Origin: Octopus vulgaris
Taxonomy: Eukaryota
Length of the DNA: 64,000 nucleotides
NCBI GenBank assembly: GCA_951406725.2
Contig: OX597840.1
Coordinates: forward strand, 26,412,001-26,476,000
Direction: 5' to 3'
The notes beneath the pieces are model-generated. The model had not been told where the DNA came from. It saw nothing but the letters and a program-made list of their open reading frames with translations, and searched no databases. A program made the position numbers and the translations under genes. Shown in pieces: positions 53,747-64,000 of this stretch (its first letter is position 1; each line of letters opens with the position of its first letter).

Positions 53747-53998
53747 GTGTGTGTGATTGTGTATAGAAGAATATATTAATAAAAGGAATTCCAACCTTGT
53801 CTGATTTTCACGTTTTATTTACAATCTTATAATGATATAATATAAGATAATATATTATAATTGAATAAAATAAAATGAAATGAAATAGTAGAATGTTAAA
53901 TGTTCATTCTGATTGAACTAGTACTTTCATGCATTGAATTCTGCAATCTTCGGGTTCATGTAGTAGTGTTGACAGTCATGCTTCACAATTTTTGACGA

Positions 53999-54035
<37 letters not shown>

Positions 54036-54054
54036 CATACATATATATATATAT

Positions 54055-54107
<53 letters not shown>

Positions 54108-54362
54108 CACACACACACATATACAGGTGTGTGTGTGTGTGTAGTACAAGTGTACCTGCGTATGAGCAGACATTCCTATGATCAAACACCCCTCTCATCA
54201 AAGCAAATCGTATTTTCTGACCCGGACGTTGAATTTTTCAAACCAAAGTTTACAGCCAAAATTACGGACGAACTTTGCCTCAAGACAACTCTGAAGGACC
54301 AAACACTCCACGTGAAAAGCAGCAGGATTCAGGAAGACAATGGTTATCGCTTGAATGCTTAA

Positions 54363-55079
54363 CCCTTTTCTTACCATTATTTCTGTTGAGATGCTCTGTG
54401 TTTCTAAATATGATGTTCATCTATTTTGAAATCAAAACAAATCAAAATAGATGAACATCAATGGAATTTGTATCTTTGTGGTACCAGTGCCGGTGGCACA
54501 CAAGAAAACCATACGAACGTGGCCGTAGCCAGTACCGCATCGACTGGCCTCCGTGCTGTGGGCACGTAACAAACACCATCCGATCGTGGCCGTTCGGCAG
54601 CCTCATCTGGCACCTGTGTCGGTGGCACAAAAAAACACCATCCGAGCGTGGCCGTCTGCCAGCCTCGTCTGGCACCTGTGTCGGTGGCACATAAAAAACA
54701 CCATCCGAGGGTGGCCGTTCGCCAGCCTCGTCTGGCACATAAAATCACCCACTACACTCTCGGAGTGGTTGGCGTTAGGAAGGGCATCCAGCTGTAGAAA
54801 CACTGCCAGATCTAACTGGCCTGGTGCAGCCTTCGGGCTCCCCAGACCCCAGTTGAACCGTCCAACCCATGCTAGCATGGAAAGCGGACATTAAATGATG
54901 ATGATGATGATGAAATATAACAAAGAATTTAGTAAAATAATTTAGTTATCATTAAGCTAGTGTTAGGAACATAAATTGTGACTAAGGTTTGGTGGAAGAT
55001 TTGAATTTAAAACTTATGAAAACAAGATATTTGTACTACAGAGCCAGAGGTGGTTTCAGCCAGGTTGGTATTAAAAGGG
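54363..55079. mobile_element. piggyBac-like MITE interrupted by an RTE 3' fragment (54430-54912, plus)
   Basis: TTAA-CCCTTTT at the left, AAAAGGG at the right. The RTE UTR with its (GAT)n tail lies inside. Confidence 0.8.
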
Positions 55080-55318
55080 TTATGCTATATGTTTATACTA
55101 TACCAGCTGGCCACGTGCCGTCAATAATGACAACTAACTGCACTAGGGACTTTTGCAGCCATGAGAAGATAAGGGCACCCGCTATACCCTCGTATCTGTG
55201 ACCCAGCACAACATCAGCAATGTAACAGCTGTATAGGGAGAAGTGATATTGAGCCAGTGCATGACAACCAAATCCACTTACAAGACTTTGGTTGGCCCAA
55301 AACAGCCACTACTGTGCC

Positions 55319-55350
<32 letters not shown>

Positions 55351-55354
55351 CATA

Positions 55355-55762
55355 GGCGCAGGAGTGGCTGTGTGGTAAGTAGCTTGTTTACTAACCACAT
55401 GGTTCCGGGTTCAGTCCCACAGTGTGACACCTTGGGCAAGTGTCTTCTACTATAGCCTCGGGCCAACCAAAGCCTTGTGAGTGGATTTGGTCGGCGGAAA
55501 CTGAAAGAAGCCTGTCGTATATATGTATATTTTTATATTTGCGTGTGTGTGTGTGTATGTTTGTGTGTCTGTGTTTGTCTCCCTAGCATTGCTTGACAAC
55601 CGATGCTGGTGTGTTTACGTCCCCGTTACTCAGCGGTTCGGCAAAAGAGACCGATAGAATAAGTACTGGGCTTACAAAAGAATAAGTCCCGCGGTTCAGT
55701 TGCTCGATTAAAGGCGGTGCTCCAGCATGGCCACAGTCAAATGACTGAAACAAGTAAAAGAG
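55355..55762 (+). mobile_element. Family A SINE, full length
   Basis: Complete copy. Confidence 0.88.
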
Positions 55763-55796
<34 letters not shown>

Positions 55797-56382
55797 GATG
55801 AAGCATATATATATATATATATATATCTATATGTATGTATATATATATATATATATATATATCCGTAGACAGACAGAGGTAGTCACAGACACAGACGGAG
55901 ACATCCAGGTCTGACCTAGAAAAGATAAAAGGCCTGTTACTAGCACTAAATATAACCGAGAATGAAATGTCTTATGGCTATGACATAACCTTGATTAACA
56001 AAGTTGTTGGCTGGGTCATTGGTGATGGTCGTGGGGGCAGTGGGGAGAGATGCGTGTGTGTGTGACAAGAGGAGTTAAAGCCACTGTGTTTAAAGTCTGA
56101 TGTTTGTGTGTGTGTGTGTGTGTGTGTATGTGTGTGTGTGTATGTGTGTTTGTGTGTGTGTGTGTGCACACAAGCTAATATATGTTGTTGTCATCGCCGT
56201 CATCATCATCATTGTTTGCAGTCCCCTTTTTTCATGAATCTATGGGTTTAAGGGAGATTTTTCTTTCATGTTGTTAACCCTCTCCTGTTTCAAAACAGGA
56301 AGACACTCACATACACAGACATGTATACACACACATACACAAACACACACACACACACACACACACAAACATACACACACAC

Positions 56383-56431
<49 letters not shown>

Positions 56432-56671
56432 ACAAATGTGCACAAATTCTTCATGAATGAGAAAATGGTGGCAAGTGAAAATTTTGTAAACAGAATTATA
56501 AGCTTCCTTTGTATTTTGACAATAAAAAATACTTCAATACAAAAGCATATAAACCTACCAAACATGAAAGAAAAAAATTCCCACACATACTAATGCACAT
56601 TTTTCACATTACAGGAGTCAATATACCCTAAAATTAGATTTATTTTCTATAGAGTAAAGATTACTTGCCAG

Positions 56672-56992
56672 CATAACATGGCAGTCCTGGTTTAGGACAA
56701 ATGTTGCTGTAATTTAGCCCCAGGAGACATCGTCTCCAGCTGGCTATACGACACGATATGTGTCCTTATGTTTACGAACAAGGGAATCTAGCACCCCCAC
56801 TCAGCTCAAAACAATATCTGTGTATCGTGATTTCCGGGTTATTTCCCTTCATCAGCACAGAATAACCTCAAGCCAAACAATTACTCTGTAGGATAACCCG
56901 GATATTGTGATACACAGATATAGTAGAGGTACTAGATTCCCTTGTTCGAAAATATAAGGACAGATTGTGTTGTATAATGAGCTAGAGATGAT
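56672..56992 (-). mobile_element. Penelope-like fold-back element carrying a hammerhead motif
   Basis: Left arm ~56727-56842 is inverted at 56893-56992. A second family member lies at 28653-28794. Confidence 0.65.
56817..56861 (-). ncRNA. Minimal type I hammerhead ribozyme motif
   Basis: Minus strand: TCTGTG-CTGATGA-A GGG AAATAA CCC G-GAAA-TCACGA-TA-CACAGA. Stem I is 6 bp, stem II is 3 bp, stem III is near-palindromic and the predicted cleavage triplet is AUA. Confidence 0.75.
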
Positions 56993-57001
56993 ACATACAT
57001 A

Positions 57002-57179
57002 TTCTTTTATTTGTTTCAGTCATTTGACTGCGGTCATGCTGGAGCACCGCTTTTAGTCGAGCAAATTGACCCCAGGATTTATTCTTTGTAACCCTAGTAC
57101 TTATTCTATTGGTATCTCTTGCCAAACCACATCAGTTGTCAAGCGATGTTAGGGGACAAACACAGACACACAAATATAT

Positions 57180-57219
<40 letters not shown>

Positions 57220-57372
57220 GATGGGCTTCTTTCAGTTTCCGTCTACCAAATCCTTTCACAAGGCTTTGGTTGGCCCGAGGCTATAGTAGAAGACACTTGC
57301 CCAAGGTGCCACGCAGTGGGACTGAACCCAGAACCATGAGGCTAGTAAGCAAGCTACTTACCACACAGCCAC
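57002..57372 (-). mobile_element. Family A SINE (internal deletion)
   Basis: Match to family A. Confidence 0.85.
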
Positions 57373-57728
57373 GCTCCGGGTGTGCTAGGTGTGTGCTGCA
57401 CACCCACCGAAAATGGCAAAATTCATTATAGGTATTAACCTTACTCATTAATTTAATGACAAATCATAATAGAAAACGTTAATTATGTCCCTGCTTGAAA
57501 TTTGGTGGCAGGTGTCCTGCAGTAACACTTCACACCTGAAAGCGCATCATATCATAATTTTGGTTTCAAGTATATTATAGGATAATAGGAAAACGGCAAA
57601 AAATTAACAGTGAAAGGCTGTGCGACAGCTTTCACAGTGTGGTCACATGTTCGTTTACGTGGCGAGAAGTCGATCGTTTAAATTAATTTAAAATTCCTAA
57701 ACAAAAAAATTTTTTTTTTTTACAATAA

Positions 57729-57892
57729 GCGCAGGAGTGGCTGTGTGGTAAGTAGCTTGCTAACCAACCACATGGTTCCGGGTTCAGTCCCACTGCGTGG
57801 CACCTTGGGCAAGTGTCTTCTGCTATAGCCCCGGGCCAACCAAAGCCTTGTGAGTGGATCTGGTAGACGGAAACTGAAAGAAGCCTGTCGTA

Positions 57893-57948
<56 letters not shown>

Positions 57949-58348
57949 AGTGGCTGTGTGGTAAGTAGCTTGCTAACCAACCACATGGTTCCGGGTTCAG
58001 TCCCACTGCGTGGCACCTTGGGCAAGTGTCTTCTGCTATAGCCCCGGGCCGACCAAAGCCTTGTGAGTGGATCTGGTAGACGGAAACTGAAAGAAGCCCG
58101 TCGTATATATGTGTATATATATATATGTATGTGTGTGTGTGTGTGTGTCTGTGTGTCTGTGTTTGTCTCCCTAGCATTGCTTGACAACCGATGCTGGTGT
58201 GTTTACGTCCCCTTCACTTAGCGGTTCGGCAAAAGAGACCGATAGAATAAGTACTGGGCTTACAAAACAATAAGTCCCGGGGTCGAGTTGCTCGATTAAA
58301 GGCGGTGCTCCAGCATGGCCGCAGTCAAATGACTGAAACAAGTAAAAA
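57729..58348 (+). mobile_element. Family A SINE with duplicated head
   Basis: Both heads share the private variant GTGGATCTGG and are separated by (TA)n. Confidence 0.88.
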
Positions 58349-58495
58349 AGAATAATTTTTTTTTCCTTACAATATCATCATATAACTGTGAGCTTAATCT
58401 GTTTTCAAAACTAAAAACAAAGTGGTTTGTTGTACAGTGAAACTATCGAACATTTTACGTCTCAAAGAAAAACAGAACTTACATATAAGTAATTT

Positions 58496-59057
58496 CATCA
58501 TCGTTTAACGTCCGCTTTCCATGCTAGCATGGGTTGGACGATTTGACTGAGGACTGGCAAACCAAATGGCTGCACCAGGCTCCAATCTTGATCTGGCAGA
58601 GTTTCTACAGCTGGATGCTCTTCCTAAAAGGTGGCGAGCTGGCAGAATCGTTAGCACATCGGGCGAAATGCATAGCGGTATTTCGTCTGCCGTTACGTTG
58701 TGAGTTCAAATTCTGCCGAGGTCGACTTTGCCTTTCATCCATTCAGGGTCGATAAATTAAGTACCAGCAACACACTGGGGTCGATGTAATCGACTTAATC
58801 CGTTTGTCTGTCCTTGTTTGTCCCCTCTATGTTTAGCCCCTTGTGGGCAATAAAGAAATAGGATGCTCTTCCTAACACCAACCACTCCGAGAGTGTAGTG
58901 GGTGCTTTTTACGTGCCACCAGTACGAGGGCCGGTCTGGCAGTACTGGCAACGGCCACGCTTGAAATGGTGTTTTTCACATGCCACCTGCACAGGAGTCA
59001 GTCCAGCGGCACTGGCAACGACCATGCTTGAATGCTTTGTTCACATGCCACCGGCAC
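58496..59057 (-). mobile_element. RTE 3' fragment interrupted by a Meta-type SINE
   Basis: The RTE UTR is continuous across the insertion once the TSD is removed. Confidence 0.8.
58628..58860 (+). mobile_element. Full-length Meta-type tRNA SINE (family B) with 15-bp TSD
   Basis: GGATGCTCTTCCTAA at 58613-58627 and 58861-58875. B box GAGTTCAAATTC, Meta-like domain, ends TAAAGAAATA. Confidence 0.9.
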
Positions 59058-59284
59058 CCTCTACAAATCCCAAATTTTATTTTGCTTTGTGGGAGCAACT
59101 GTTTCTCGAAGACACATCTTGTCGGGAATTGCTCTCAAAATATGGAGTAAATAAAACAGCCGACAACTGATGAAGGGTCGTTCTTGATGCTACTTGTCTT
59201 GTGCTAACTGGGGGACAAATTTTTTTTTGGGGGGTTGTATTTTATAATGAGGGTTTGCTTAACTGCTATTGTATCTCTGTTATT

Positions 59285-59524
59285 GGTTTCAAATTCTGGC
59301 ACAAAGCCAGCAGTGTGTGTGAGGGGGAGGATTCAAGTTGATTACATCGACCCCAGTGTTCAATTGGTACTTATTTAATCGACCCCGAAAGGATGAAAGA
59401 CGAAGTCGACCTCGGTGGAATTTGAACTCAGAACGTAAAGACATGAAATGCTGCTAACAATTCTCCCAGCTTGCTACTTTTAATAATAATAATAATAATG
59501 ATGATGATGATGATGATGATGAAA

Positions 59525-59555
<31 letters not shown>

Positions 59556-59754
59556 TAATAATAATCTTTTTTTACTCTAGGCACAATGCCTGAAATTTTG
59601 GGGAGGGGCAAAGTTGATTACATCAACCCCAGTGAAACACTGGCACTTAATTTATTGACCCCTAAAAGGATGAAAAGCAAAGGTGACCTTGGCAGAATTT
59701 GATCCCAGAATGTAGCAACGGGTGTAATACTAATGATTCTACCAGCTCGCCTCC

Positions 59755-59755
<1 letters not shown>
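59285..59755 (-). mobile_element. Two diverged Meta-type SINE copies
   Basis: GATTACATCGACCCCAGTG...GGATGAAAG..AAGTCGACC matches. Confidence 0.7.
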
Positions 59756-59786
<31 letters not shown>

Positions 59787-59810
59787 TATTATTATTATTA
59801 TTATTATTAT

Positions 59811-60476
59811 TATTTCTTTACTACCCACAAGGGGCTAACCACAGAGGGGACAAACGGATTAAGTCGATTACACTGACCCCAGAGCGTAACTGGTACTTAA
59901 TTTATCGACCCCGAAAGGATGAAAGGCAAAGTCGACCTTGGCGGAATTTGAACTCAGAACGTAGTGACAGATGAAATACCTATTTCTTTACTACCCCCAG
60001 GGGCTAAACACAGAGAGGACAAACAAGGACAGACAAACGGATTAAGTCGATTACACCGACCCCAGTGCGTAACTGGTACTTAATTTATCGACCCTGAAAG
60101 GATGAAAGGCAAAGTCGACCTCGGCGGAATTTGAACTCAGAACGTAATGGCAGACGAAATACCTATTTCTTTACTACCCACAAGGGGCTAAACACAGAGA
60201 GGACAAACAAGGACAGACAAACGGATTAAGTCGATTACACCGACCCCAGTGCGTAACTGGTAGTTAATTTATCGACCCTGAAAGGATGAAAGGCAAAGTC
60301 GACCTTGGCGGAATTCGAACACAGACGAAATACGGCTACGCATTTCGCCCGGCGTGCTAACGATTCTGCCAGCACGCTGCCTTGATAATATTAATAATAA
60401 TAATAATAAATAATAATAATACAAAACGGCTACGCATTTTGCCCGGCGTGCTAACGATTCTGCCAGCACGCTGCCT
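59811..60476 (-). mobile_element. Meta-type SINE concatemer (head plus three bodies) and an extra head copy
   Basis: Junction GAAATACC|TATTTCTTTAC at 59980/59981 and 60163/60164, the same as in the 20.3-21.5 kb array. Confidence 0.88.
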
Positions 60477-60519
60477 TAACGTGATTAAATATAACGATGA
60501 TGATGACCCTTTTCACTAA

Positions 60520-60715
60520 AGGCACAAGGCCTGAAATTTGAGGGGAGGGGTCCAGTCGATTACATCGACCCCAGTGTTTCCCTGGTACTTAGTTTATTGA
60601 CCCCGAAAGGATAAAAGGCAAAGTCGACCTCGGCAGGATTTGAACTCGGAATGTAAAGATGGATAGAACACTGCTAAGCATTTTGGCCGGCGTGCTAACG
60701 ATTCTGCCAGCTTGC
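60520..60715 (-). mobile_element. Meta-type SINE with alternative tail
   Basis: Shares the head and Meta domain, but the 3' part differs (GGCACAAGGCCTGAAATTTG). Confidence 0.7.
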
Positions 60716-61850
60716 CCTGTTTAGCTTTTCTGTTATTCAGTGCAAGTAATTAATAGAATTGCAAACGAGAGAGAATAGGATAAGTAAAGTTGATGTTGTA
60801 TAAAATATCTAATTGTACGACGAGAGAGAGAAAGAGAGAGAGGGGGGTGGGGGAGAGGGGGGGAGATATTAAGGAGAAAACGAAACAATATTTCTCTCGA
60901 TGGTGTCGTCGAGATGGCTGACGTCAAAAGGAAGAGAAAATTAATGAAAGTGTAAAAGAGGAATACGAGGGAGAAGATGAAGATGAAGAAGAAGAAGGAG
61001 ATGAAGAGCCGACTGTCAGAGGTTTTAAGTACAATAGCATCAGCTTCATCGCCACCATCGTCGTCATCATCGTCATTCCTATCACCACCACCATCACCAC
61101 CACTAGCCGCACCCTCATCATCATCATCACTATCACCACAACCACCACCACTAACCACACCCTTATCATCATCATCATTATCGTCATCATCCATATCACC
61201 ACCACCACCACTAGCCACACCCTCCTCCTCATCATCTTCATCATCTTCATCATCATCATCGTCATCATCATATCGTGCATTAAGTGTATTTTTTCATCTT
61301 TTATTCTTTTATTTGTTTTCAGTCATCAGACTCTGGCCATGCTGGGGCATCGCCTTGAAGAAATTTTAGTTAAACAAATCAACCCCAAGGCTTGATTTTA
61401 AGCCCAGTACTTATTTTATTGGTCTGTTTTGCTGAACTTATAAGTTACAGGGACACAAACACACCAGCACTGGTTGTCAAGCAATGGTGGAGGTGGGGAC
61501 ACTAACACACACACATATATGATGGGCTTCTTTCAATTTCCATCTACCAAATCCACTCACAAAACTTCTACTGTTATAATATATATATATATATATATAT
61601 CCATAAATTTAGATTCAAATGAATTTTGTACGGTGTTATCCATATAAATCCATGGGGTGATTATAATCAAAGTAAGCAACAAGAATATCTTTGGTAATTT
61701 GGTACGATCATTTCACGCTACATCATTTTATTGACATTTTGGTTGGCCTGAGGTTGTAGAAGACACTTGTCTTCTACAAGTGCCATGCAGTGGGACTGAA
61801 CCCAGAACCATGTGACTGGGAAACACGCCTCTTCCCACACAGCCACGCCT

Positions 61851-61890
<40 letters not shown>

Positions 61891-62484
61891 TAGATAGATA
61901 GATAGATATAGATATATATATATACACATATATACAATGCAATAAAATTCCACCTCCAGCACCAAACACACACTTTCTCTTTCTCTCTCTTTCCTGTTTC
62001 TGCAATGGTAATGGTAAATGAATTCAAAGACAAAACCGAATGCAAAAACAAGAAGAAAAAACCCCCCAAAAAAGCGCAGAATCTTCCAACAAACAGAATC
62101 GCTTCCATAATGTTCGACCATTGCAAATACCAGCCAGAATTAACCGGTACTAACCAGAATTAACCAGTGCTAAACCAGTAATAACTAGCACTAACTAGAA
62201 CAGACCCCGCTGACACTGCTTCACACGGAGAGGAATTAAACGAAGAAGAAGAGGCGCCGGTGTCTCCTTCTTCTTGGAGAACGACTCTTGATAACTGGCT
62301 GCGACAAAGTATTAATCAAACACACAGTAAAAAACGGAACTTCAAACAGAAGAGTTCCAATATTAAACACAAAAGAACCTGAAACCAGGAAAAAAACAAA
62401 AAAAAAGGAGGAGAGAAAAAAAAAGACACACAAACACACAAAAATAAAAAAGACAAAAGAAAAGAAACAAAAAACTTGAACCTT

Positions 62485-63750
62485 TGTGGTGGTGGTGGTA
62501 ATGGTGGTGGTGGTGGTAGTGAAGGTATTGATTGTTGTAATGATGATGATGATGATGGTTGTGATGGATAGTGGTGATGGTGGTGGTGGTGGTGGTGGTG
62601 GTGGTGGTGGTGGTGGTGGCGACGCATTGATTGTTACAATGATGATGTTGATGGTTGTGATGGATAGTGGTGGTGATGATGGTGGTGGTGGTGGTTGTGG
62701 TGGCGACGACGGCATTGATCATTGTTATGGTGATGATGATGGTTGGGATAGTAGCTGTAGTGGTGGTGGTGGTGGTGGTGGTATATCGATGGTGGTGGAG
62801 GTTTGGCAGTGGTCGATGGTTGTGATGGATAGTGGTGGCTGTGGTGGTGGTGGTATATCGGTGGTGGTGGAGGTTTGGCAGTGGTGATGGTTTAGTGATA
62901 GTGGTGGTGGTGGTGGCATTGATTGTGATGTCGATGGTGGTGATGGCGATGGTAGTGATGGTGGTAGCGTTGAAGGCATTGTCTCAACGATGGTGGTGGT
63001 GGTGGTTGTGGTGGTAGTGGACTTGGTGGCAACGTTGATGGTGATGGTGGTGGTTGAATGACGATGGTGGCAGCAGAGGTTTGGCAGTGATGGTTTGGTG
63101 GTAGTGTTGGTGGCAACAGTGGTGGTGACAATGGTGACATCTGCAATGGCGATGACAGTAGCTGTGGTAGTGGTGGTGGTGGCGGTGGTGGTTATGGCAG
63201 TGATGTTGATAATGATAATAAAGATGGTGGTGATGGTAGTAGTAGTGGTGATGGTTGTGTTGGTTGTGGTGGTGGTTGCGATGGTAGTAGCAGAGGTGAT
63301 GGTGGTAGTGGTGTGGTTGCGATGGTGGTGGTGGTGGTGTTGGTTTGTGGTGGTGGTTGCGATGGTAGTAGCAGAGGTGATGGTGGTAGTGGTGGTTGCG
63401 ATGGTGGTGGTAGTGGTGATGGTTGTGTTGGTGGTGGTTGCGATGGTGGTGGTAGTAGTGATGGTGGTTAGTGGCAGAGATGATGGTGGTGGCAGAGGTG
63501 ATGGTGGTAGTGGTGATAGTGGTAGTGGTTATAGTGGTAGTGGTGATGGTTGTGATGGTGGTTGCGATGGTGGTGGCAGAGGTGGTTGTGATGGTGGCAG
63601 CAGAGGTGATGGTGGTGGCGGTGGTTGCGATGGTGGTGGCAGAGGTGATGGTGGTGCAGTGCAGGCAGCATCGATTCTAGTAACAACAGTGATGTCGATG
63701 GTAGTGATGATGGCAGTAGTGGCGGTGGCGCTGGCGGTGGTGGTGGTGGA
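62485..63750. repeat. (GGT)n/(GAT)n low-complexity trinucleotide region with internal duplications
   Basis: Seen directly. Confidence 0.9.
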
Positions 63751-64000
63751 ATTAATGACGGTGTATGTTAGCATAAAATAACAGCTTTTATATGAATTTT
63801 ATTGCATGGAAACCTGTCTAAGTGTCTTCTTCTTGTGATAGATATTAAGGAAACGCACAGGTTTTGTCTTTTTTTTAAACTTTTTTTGGGATTTTTTGGA
63901 CTTTTTTTTTTGTTTTTATGTACAAAGTGCTGATAACACATGTGAGCGGATTCTGTGATGAAAGGGTTGTGGCTGTTGTTGTTTAGCCCAAGGTCAGTCC

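Noticed and set aside
59125-59185. CTGATGA motif as a type II hammerhead (a related CTGAAGA lies on the minus strand at ~7385)
   Set aside because: There is no intact GAAA with convincing stems I and III in these copies. It cannot be supported without a family consensus.
63095-63781. 228-aa V/G-rich ORF
   Set aside because: It is a (GGT/GAT)n low-complexity translation.

Overview
Extremely repeat-rich animal genomic DNA, inferred to be cephalopod (octopus-like) from its tRNA-derived CORE-type and Meta-type SINEs, RTE LINE fragments and very dense (TA)n/(CA)n/(ATT)n/(GGT)n/(GGAA)n microsatellites. No complete protein-coding gene is present, and nearly every ORF in the supplied track is a microsatellite or SINE artefact. 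Real coding remnants come from transposons: RTE reverse-transcriptase C-terminus and endonuclease, another LINE RT, and mariner transposase. One well-formed 98-bp minus-strand exon candidate (51190-51287) suggests the window may be largely intronic. Most notable observations: (1) short fold-back (palindromic) elements, two carrying complete minimal type I hammerhead ribozyme motifs (49388-49442 and 56817-56861, minus strand), resembling Penelope-like pseudo-LTR remnants whose inversion points repeatedly fall inside the ribozyme; (2) two independent Meta-SINE concatemers (20.3-21.5 kb and 59.8-60.4 kb) with exactly the same 3'-end-to-internal junction; (3) several other tandem arrays built from mobile elements. 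All calls were made by eye without database searches, so boundaries of degenerate copies are approximate.
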